Of a stretch of 8,474 nt of DNA, positions 1 to 4,646 are shown one piece after another. This DNA comes from Breznakia sp. PF5-3 (lineage in GTDB: Bacteria; Bacillota_I; Bacilli_A; Erysipelotrichales; Erysipelotrichaceae). The stretch spans positions 1-8,474 of the forward strand of contig NZ_JAQFIQ010000067.1 in the NCBI RefSeq assembly GCF_029504745.1, given 5' to 3'. A program made the translations under genes and the position numbers. The stretch's first letter is position 1, and every line of letters starts with the position of its first letter. The notes under the pieces are model-generated. The model was not told the origin of the DNA and did not search any database. It saw only the letters and a program-made list of their open reading frames with translations.

Positions 1-91
1 TTTATAGAGGATTCACCTCTGAAGCAAGACAATTGCACTTTTTTGATAGATTATAGTTAATTTTATTTAGCTATTGACATCTAATAGTTTG

Positions 92-117
92 TCTTATTCA
101 ACAATCTTGTTGGTACA
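92..117 (-). repeat. 26-nt conserved element, copy 1 (partner 1021-1046); encodes a ...KCTNKIVE* tail on the minus strand
   Basis: tcttattcaacaatcttgttggtaca versus tcttattcaacaagtctgctggtaca matches at 22/26. The minus-strand frame here reads *IGFMGRKKDLNRNKCTNKIVE*. Confidence 0.5.
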
Positions 118-230
118 TTTGTTCCTGTTTAGATCTTTTTTGCGTCCCATAAACCCAATCTATTAATTTAGTATATCACGCTATATGATTAACTGCTTTA
201 GTCAGATCATACATTTTTGTTATTAAATTA

Positions 231-324
231 GTTGATCATTCTCATCATACGTATATATTTCATTACTTCCACCTTCTTTTTCCTTGTTCTTTCAATTTCC
301 GCTTTCATTGCAATAGAAAGAAAG
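231..324 (-). pseudogene. Fragment of an rhs YD-repeat region, homologous to 6150-6243 and carrying an in-frame stop
   Basis: Hand alignment of 231-324 against 6150-6243 in the same orientation gives about 11 mismatches in 94 nt. The fragment translates ...LSFYCNESGN*KNKEKEGGSNEIYTYDENDQLI**, versus ...ISFYYNENGNLKNKVKEDGSNEVYTYDENDQLTQL in the main gene. Weaker similarity may extend to ~199. Confidence 0.75.
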
Positions 325-354
325 TAATTTTATAACCACTTGTTTTCTTTTAGC

Positions 355-1011
355 TTATTTAAATGGATATTTTATAATTTTAATATTAGTTTCCATATTA
401 CTTGTTAAAAATGCTTTGCATTTTTTAGAATTAGAAAATACTTCTACTGGAATTTCTTTCATTTTTTCTTTGTACTGGTTAAGAAAAAATGAATCATCCT
501 CATCTTTGTTTACTTCATTAAAATGTTCATTTAAATAATTATAAGTTTCCTGTGCAATTTTATAATTATTGTAATAAAGATTTAAAATTACTTTAAAATA
601 ATATTGATAAAACATCATTTTTTTAGTAGTTAATTCTAATATACTGTTTACATCATGAAAACTATTAAATTCTGGAATGATTTTTTCTTTGATAATATTA
701 TAAAAGTCATCAAATGCTTTTTCGCAATCTGCCTCTGTTTCTAATGGCCACCAGTGATCTTTTCCATATATTAATCGTCCAAATCTGCTACTTGTTTCAA
801 ACTTAATCGCTTGATATGGTTGATATAATAAAGAAAAGCTATAATTTCCTGTTACTTCTTTTCCATCAGACCGTTTTTGAATATGAATCTCTTCAACAAC
901 ATCATACTCTGTTCTTCTCACAAAAAAGGTTGATTTCCATTTTTGAAATCCTAATTCCTTCATCTTTTTTGTAAATATTCGCATCTGCTTATTGTATATT
1001 TTTGTATCCAT
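355..1011 (-). CDS. Cytoplasmic DUF4304-like protein (218 aa); candidate orphan immunity protein
   Basis: No signal peptide. The N-terminal pattern ...FTKKMKELGFQKWKSTFFVRRTEYDVVEEIHIQKRS... fits the DUF4304-type pattern I recall (xLKxLGFkKkGxxFxRxxxdxxxxIxFQKS), a family common next to polymorphic toxins. The SD AAGAGGAAA (1016-1024) lies 4 nt before the ATG (1009-1011). The family call is from memory, not from a search. Confidence 0.7.
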   Translation of the reverse strand: MDTKIYNKQMRIFTKKMKELGFQKWKSTFFVRRTEYDVVEEIHIQKRSDGKEVTGNYSFSLLYQPYQAIKFETSSRFGRLIYGKDHWWPLETEADCEKAFDDFYNIIKEKIIPEFNSFHDVNSILELTTKKMMFYQYYFKVILNLYYNNYKIAQETYNYLNEHFNEVNKDEDDSFFLNQYKEKMKEIPVEVFSNSKKCKAFLTSNMETNIKIIKYPFK

Positions 1012-1020
1012 ATTATTTCC

Positions 1021-1046
1021 TCTTATTCAACAAGTCTGCTGGTACA
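1021..1046 (-). repeat. 26-nt conserved element, copy 2 (partner 92-117); encodes a ...YCTSRLVE* tail and overlaps the SD of the DUF4304-like gene
   Basis: See the partner feature. The three amino-acid differences between the two tails are conservative (S/N, R/K, L/I). The stop TAA is at 1023-1025. Confidence 0.5.
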
Positions 1047-1190
1047 GTAATATCGTTATCTTTTATTGAGAAGCATCTAATGTTTTATAAATCAAATTAA
1101 TAGCCTCTTTATTTTATTATTACTATAAGTACAAGTCTTTTTTTCTATATCATGAGTACAGCCGTAACATGCAATGACTATGTAACTCAT
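1023..1190 (-). pseudogene. Possible decayed small Cys-rich ORF or toxin-tail remnant between the 118-aa lipoprotein gene and the DUF4304-like gene
   Basis: A single minus-strand frame reads MSYIVIACYGCTHDIEKKTCTYSNNKIKRLLI*FIKH*MLLNKR*RYYCTSRLVE*. Its ATG (1188-1190) overlaps the lipoprotein stop as ATGA. Three in-frame stops interrupt it, and the final 8 codons recur at 92-117. In AT-rich DNA this could be chance. Confidence 0.25.
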
Positions 1191-1543
1191 TCCAACCTTA
1201 TATAATCTCCTGTATCCGTCTGATAAACATCACCAGTATAAATATCCACAGCATAATTTCCTGTTACTGTTTTCTTACTAGGAGAGTCTAAATAACTGCG
1301 AAAACCATAATATATTCTATCTTCATAAACAATAACTCCCAATGCTTCTGTTTTAGTCTCATCTCCAAGCTTATCTTTTACTTTATCCAAAAACAAATTC
1401 CATGCTTCAGATAATGATAAATTATTTTTTTCTTTTTCTATGTTAATACAAATTTCTTCTTCCCCATCGGTTTTTTCAGATTTGCTATTTTGATTGTTAC
1501 AGCCTATCAGAATTAAAGCTAAACATATTATAATTTTTTTCAT
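1187..1543 (-). CDS. Small predicted lipoprotein of unknown function (118 aa); possible orphan immunity protein
   Basis: MKKIIICLALILIGCNNQ has a signal peptide with an LIGC lipobox (Cys15). A strong SD AAGGAG (1549-1554) lies 5 nt upstream of the ATG (1541-1543). I recognise no family for the mature domain (…EAWNLFLDKVKDKLGDE…GVIVYEDRIYYGFRSYLDS…). Confidence 0.75.
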   Translation of the reverse strand: MKKIIICLALILIGCNNQNSKSEKTDGEEEICINIEKEKNNLSLSEAWNLFLDKVKDKLGDETKTEALGVIVYEDRIYYGFRSYLDSPSKKTVTGNYAVDIYTGDVYQTDTGDYIRLE

Positions 1544-1750
1544 TGCATCTCCTTATTTTAAATTCCAAATTGAAAGAATACTAACCATCAAGTTTTATAT
1601 TCTCAATTTGTAACATATCAACCTTTTATTAAAGTAACTATCCAAACTTCAACTGCATCTATCTCAATATATTTCTTAGTCTTTCTGTAACTTCTGTTGT
1701 TTCTTTTAGTAATAAGTTTCTTATCGAATCCTATCCAAGAAACCTTAACA

Positions 1751-2076
1751 TCATCTTTTGGTTTTGCTGTTTAAGTTCTTCCACCACAAAATAGATTTAT
1801 ATTCTATTGGAATATCTTCCTCAAAAGGATTTTCATATCCTAATTTTTCTAATTCATCAAACCATAAATCTCTTTTTGAATCTGGCATTTTTTTCCGCAC
1901 CATGGACAATAATCAATTTTTATATATGATTCTTCTCCGTCATGTATAATAATTCCATATTCATCAAATTTTTCATTATAATATATCAATGCATCTGGAC
2001 ACTCAAAAAGGGTCTTTTCTTTGCATTCAAAATTCAATATTTTTATCATTTGATCACAACAATTTCCTTTTTGCAT
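1751..2076 (-). pseudogene. Small Cys-rich CPWCG-motif protein (DUF6980-like, from memory), interrupted by a frameshift in an A7 homopolymer
   Basis: The track ORF 1849..2076 ends ...DYCPWCGKKCQIQKEIYGLMN*. The -1 frame continues from the A-run as (M)PDSKRDLWFDELEKLGYENPFEEDIPIEYKSILWWKNLNSKTKR* with its stop at 1751-1753. That continuation reads like genuine protein and like the tail I recall for this family (CPWCGxxLP...W[FY]DELExLG). A strong SD AAGGAG (2083-2088) lies 6 nt before the ATG (2074-2076). Confidence 0.7.
1888..1894 (-). repeat. A7 (plus-strand T7) homopolymer at the frameshift point of the CPWCG gene
   Basis: The plus strand reads ggca-ttttttt-ccgc, and the minus strand reads GGA AAA AAA TGC. 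One extra A, or a -1 slip, gives GGA AAA AAA ATG CCA GAT... and joins the two reading frames into a ~108-aa product. Confidence 0.9.
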
Positions 2077-2183
2077 AGTAATCTCCTTTTTCTCCTATTT
2101 TGAGTTTATTTATATTTCACTCCACTTATATCTTTTCTAATCCTTCTTTAATAATAGCAGTACTAAAAGCTTTATAAATTTTG

Positions 2184-2876
2184 TTATTTTATTTTTATCA
2201 TTTCAACATTAATTACATCATATCTTTTCCCAGTCTCATCATCCATAAATGATAATCTAGATCTTAATTTTTGATCATATTTATAAGAATTAAACTCTAC
2301 TTGATGGGCAAGCTTACTTTCTAATACTGCTGGATCTTCTCTCGATGGCTCACAAAGAATAGACCTACTCTGCTTATAACTCATTTCAACATTTGATTGA
2401 ATTGTTGAATATTTATACCTTTCTCCATATAAATTCATACTTATATAATTTGAATCTATCTCAATTCGATATTCGCTTTTAATCTTAGATAATTTTTTAT
2501 AAAACTGAGGATAATCTTCTTTCTTAATTGATGTTCTCCATCCTTCACTATCCATTGTCGTCACTTTATCTATTTCTACATCATCTAAATTTATCTCATA
2601 AACACCACTGACTGCAGTATAAAATTTTTTCTTCTGATCCTCATCTAATATAATATATACTGTTAGAGGGGTATCTTTTTGATTCTCTGTTAAATTGATT
2701 TTTTGTTTATTATATTCAATATAACTTATATTTTCTTCCTTAAATGTTTTCTCATCATCAACTTTTTCTTGTTCTTTGTTATCATCCTTTGGAGGGTCTT
2801 TTTGATCATTTTCACCACATCCAACCAATAACAAAGTACTCACTATTATAAACTTTTTTACTATTTCCTTTTTCAT
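2184..2876 (-). CDS. Predicted lipoprotein, paralog C; candidate orphan or extra immunity protein
   Basis: 230-aa ORF starting MKKEIVKKFIIVSTLLLVGC (lipobox Cys20). It is colinear with B without gaps, with 68/230 differences by hand count. Conserved blocks include GVYEINLD, DSEGWRTSIK, DYPQFY, YGERY, CEPSRxDPAVLES, FNSYxYDQKLR and SFMDxETGKRYD. The SD-like GAGAGGA lies upstream. Confidence 0.8.
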   Translation of the reverse strand: MKKEIVKKFIIVSTLLLVGCGENDQKDPPKDDNKEQEKVDDEKTFKEENISYIEYNKQKINLTENQKDTPLTVYIILDEDQKKKFYTAVSGVYEINLDDVEIDKVTTMDSEGWRTSIKKEDYPQFYKKLSKIKSEYRIEIDSNYISMNLYGERYKYSTIQSNVEMSYKQSRSILCEPSREDPAVLESKLAHQVEFNSYKYDQKLRSRLSFMDDETGKRYDVINVEMIKIK

Positions 2877-2879
2877 ATT

Positions 2880-2954
2880 TTAATTAATCCTCTCTTCCTC
2901 TTGTTCATGATATCTTATCTTCTGCATAGTTGTTATGAATCTATACGAGATTTC
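2880..2954 (-). pseudogene. Ghost 3' end of a toxin gene upstream of lipoprotein C
   Basis: The minus-strand translation is *EISYRFITTMQKIRYHEQEEERIN*. It resembles the 3697-3768 ghost and, more distantly, the rhs C-terminus ...IRIMREGIYEHEGKRF*. It is bounded upstream by TGA (2955-2957) and has no toxin body. Confidence 0.45.
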
Positions 2955-2996
2955 TCATCTAGTGTTATAAATATTTTAAAGGTTGTCAATCACCAT

Positions 2997-3689
2997 CTAT
3001 TTTATTCTGACCATTTCAACATCAATTACATCATATCTTTTTCCTGTTTCAGCATCCATAAATGACAATACTGTTCTTAATTTTTGATCATATTCATAAG
3101 AATTGAATGTTATGTAATATATAGTATTACTTTCTAATACAGCTGGATCCTTTCTTGACGGCTCACAGACAATAGATCTACTTTGTTTATAATTCATTTC
3201 AATATTTGACGGAACTGTTAAATAGTTATATCTTTCCCCATATAAATTCATGCTTACATAATTGAAATCTATCTCAATTTGATATTCACTTTTAGTTTCA
3301 GATAATTTTTCATAAAACTGAGGATAATCTTCTTCCTTGATTGAGGTTCTCCATCCTTCACTATCTATTGCTATTACATTGTCCATTTCTACACTATCTA
3401 AATTTATCTCATAAACTCCACTAACTGCAATAAAAAAGCTTTCCTGCTGCTCATAATTTAACATTAAAATAGATGTTAGATGTGAATTTCTTTGCTTTTC
3501 TGTTAAAATGATTTTTTGCTTATTATATTCAATATAACTTATATCATTTTCCTTAAATGTTTTCTCATAGTCAACTCTGTCCTGTTCTTTGCTATCATCC
3601 TTTAGAGGCGTTTTTTGATTACTTTCACCACATCCAACCAATAGTAAGGCACTCGCTACTATGAACTTTTTTATTATCGATTTTTTCAT
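2997..3689 (-). CDS. Predicted lipoprotein, paralog B; candidate orphan or extra immunity protein
   Basis: 230-aa ORF with the same signal peptide and lipobox as A; the first 67 codons are nucleotide-identical. It is colinear with A without gaps, with 33/230 amino-acid differences by hand count. The same spacer and SD context as A precede it. Confidence 0.8.
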   Translation of the reverse strand: MKKSIIKKFIVASALLLVGCGESNQKTPLKDDSKEQDRVDYEKTFKENDISYIEYNKQKIILTEKQRNSHLTSILMLNYEQQESFFIAVSGVYEINLDSVEMDNVIAIDSEGWRTSIKEEDYPQFYEKLSETKSEYQIEIDFNYVSMNLYGERYNYLTVPSNIEMNYKQSRSIVCEPSRKDPAVLESNTIYYITFNSYEYDQKLRTVLSFMDAETGKRYDVIDVEMVRIK

Positions 3690-3707
3690 ATTTTAATTAA
3701 AACCTCT
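3489..3707 (-). repeat. 219-nt perfect direct repeat, copy 2 (partner 4428-4646)
   Basis: See the partner feature. This copy covers codons 1-67 of lipoprotein B plus the spacer and the ghost toxin stop with its flanking bases. Confidence 0.9.
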
Positions 3708-3768
3708 CTCACTCATGTTCATGACATCTTATATTATGCATAATTGTTATGAATCTATACGAGATTTC
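3697..3768 (-). pseudogene. Ghost 3' end of a toxin gene upstream of lipoprotein B
   Basis: The minus-strand translation, in the frame homologous to the rhs stop, is *EISYRFITIMHNIRCHEHE*ERF*. Compare the real rhs C-terminus ...EEEIRIMREGIYEHEGKRF*. It has an internal TGA (3709-3711) and is bounded upstream by TAG (3769-3771), so it cannot be functional. Confidence 0.5.
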
Positions 3769-3792
3769 CTATACTAGTGTTATCAACATTTG

Positions 3793-3837
3793 AAAGAAAC
3801 AGATTGATTATTATTAATATCATCAATCTGTTTCTTT
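3793..3837. terminator. Perfect 16-bp-stem hairpin (13-nt loop) in the A-B junction; possible terminator or attenuating stem-loop
   Basis: aaagaaacagattgat (3793-3808) is the exact reverse complement of atcaatctgtttcttt (3822-3837). It lies about 100 nt downstream of the lipoprotein A stop. The stem is AT-rich. No U-tract follows on the minus (coding) strand; only an A/T-rich tail follows on the plus strand. The hairpin is absent from the otherwise homologous B-C junction. Confidence 0.35.
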
Positions 3838-3935
3838 ATATTTTAAACGTTGTTAATCACCATCTATATTATTCAATGCATGTTAAATTTTTTCAAAAAT
3901 TGTTAGATTCTTTTCTATTAAACAATCATATCACA

Positions 3936-4628
3936 CTACTTTATTTTGACCATTTCAACATCAACTATATTATATCTTTTTCCTGTTTCAGCATCCATAA
4001 ATGACAATACTGTTCTTAGTTTTTGATCATACTCATAAGAATTGAACGTTATATAATATACATATTTACTTTCTAATACGGCTGGATCTTTTCTCGATGG
4101 CTCACAGACGATAGAACCTCGTTGTTTGTAACTCATTCTTACATTTGATGGAACTGTTGAATAGTTATATCTTTCTCCATATGAAATCATGCTTACATTA
4201 TTGGCATCTATCTCAATTTGATATTCACTTTTAGTCTTAGATAATTTTTCATAAAACTGAGGATAATCTTCTTCCTCGATTAATGAACTCCTTCCTTCAC
4301 TATCTATTGCTATTACATTATCCATTTCTACGCTATCTAAATTTATTTCATAAACTCCACTGACTGCAATATAAAAGCTTTCCTGTTGCTCATAATTCAA
4401 CCTAAAATTATCTTTTGGTTTTAACTTTCTTTGCTTTTCTGTTAAAATGATTTTTTGCTTATTATATTCAATATAACTTATATCATTTTCCTTAAATGTT
4501 TTCTCATAGTCAACTCTGTCCTGTTCTTTGCTATCATCCTTTAGAGGCGTTTTTTGATTACTTTCACCACATCCAACCAATAGTAAGGCACTCGCTACTA
4601 TGAACTTTTTTATTATCGATTTTTTCAT
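3936..4628 (-). CDS. Predicted lipoprotein, paralog A; candidate cognate immunity protein for the lysozyme-like Rhs tip
   Basis: 230-aa ORF. The N-terminus MKKSIIKKFIVASALLLVGC has a positive n-region, a hydrophobic core and an LVGC lipobox (Cys20). The ATG at 4626-4628 lies 7 nt after the rhs stop. The SD-like AAGAGG (4642-4647) sits inside the last rhs codons. The mature part belongs to no family I can name. Confidence 0.8.
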   Translation of the reverse strand: MKKSIIKKFIVASALLLVGCGESNQKTPLKDDSKEQDRVDYEKTFKENDISYIEYNKQKIILTEKQRKLKPKDNFRLNYEQQESFYIAVSGVYEINLDSVEMDNVIAIDSEGRSSLIEEEDYPQFYEKLSKTKSEYQIEIDANNVSMISYGERYNYSTVPSNVRMSYKQRGSIVCEPSRKDPAVLESKYVYYITFNSYEYDQKLRTVLSFMDAETGKRYNIVDVEMVKIK

Positions 4629-4646
4629 ATTTTAATTAAAACCTCT
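4428..4646 (-). repeat. 219-nt perfect direct repeat, copy 1 (partner 3489-3707)
   Basis: A base-by-base comparison finds it identical to 3489-3707. It covers codons 1-67 of lipoprotein A, the 7-nt spacer, the rhs stop codon and the last 8 nt of rhs coding sequence. Identity breaks at 4647 (t) versus 3708 (c), and at 4427 versus 3488. Confidence 0.9.

Larger units (their letters stand above)
2184..4646 (-). repeat. Three tandem direct repeat units, each being toxin-tail remnant + spacer + lipoprotein gene + short 3' flank
   Basis: Start-to-start spacing is 939 bp (4628 to 3689) and 813 bp (3689 to 2876). The 126-bp difference comes from extra sequence in junction 3690-3935 relative to junction 2877-2996. 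Both junctions share the block tgttatgaatctatacgagatttc...ctagtgttat and aatcaccatcta. Confidence 0.85.

Noticed and set aside
13-20. SD-like AGAGGTGA on the minus strand at the left window edge, possibly serving an off-window gene
   Set aside because: No start codon occurs in the remaining 12 nt of the window, so any start lies off-window and cannot be verified. The bases also form a trivial 5-bp palindrome (agagg…cctct).
1092-1190. 32-aa Cys-rich ORF (MSYIVIACYGCTHDIEKKTCTYSNNKIKRLLI) as a stand-alone peptide or bacteriocin gene
   Set aside because: It has only a weak SD and no leader or processing motif. It continues in-frame through stop codons into the conserved tail remnant, so a decayed gene or chance ORF is more parsimonious. 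It is kept only as a low-confidence pseudogene.
1758-1949. Plus-strand 63-aa ORF
   Set aside because: It lies antisense to the CPWCG gene. It has low-complexity, F/L/I/S-rich composition typical of shadow ORFs in AT-rich DNA, no SD, and no recognisable motif.
2963-2989. Possible sigma-A promoter on the minus strand (TTGACA at 2984-2989, TATAAC at 2963-2968) that could drive lipoprotein C
   Set aside because: The spacer is only 15 nt and the -10 is imperfect. The homologous site in the A-B junction is TTAACA with no suitable -10. This is too weak to call without transcription data.
3777-4004. Plus-strand 75-aa ORF
   Set aside because: It spans the A-B junction and the antisense 3' end of lipoprotein A. 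It has shadow-ORF composition (I/L/F/N/Y-rich) and no SD.
2184-4646. Tandem repeats as a possible CRISPR array or satellite
   Set aside because: The units are 813-939 bp and consist of full-length protein-coding paralogs. There are no short (~25-40 bp) direct repeats alternating with unique spacers.
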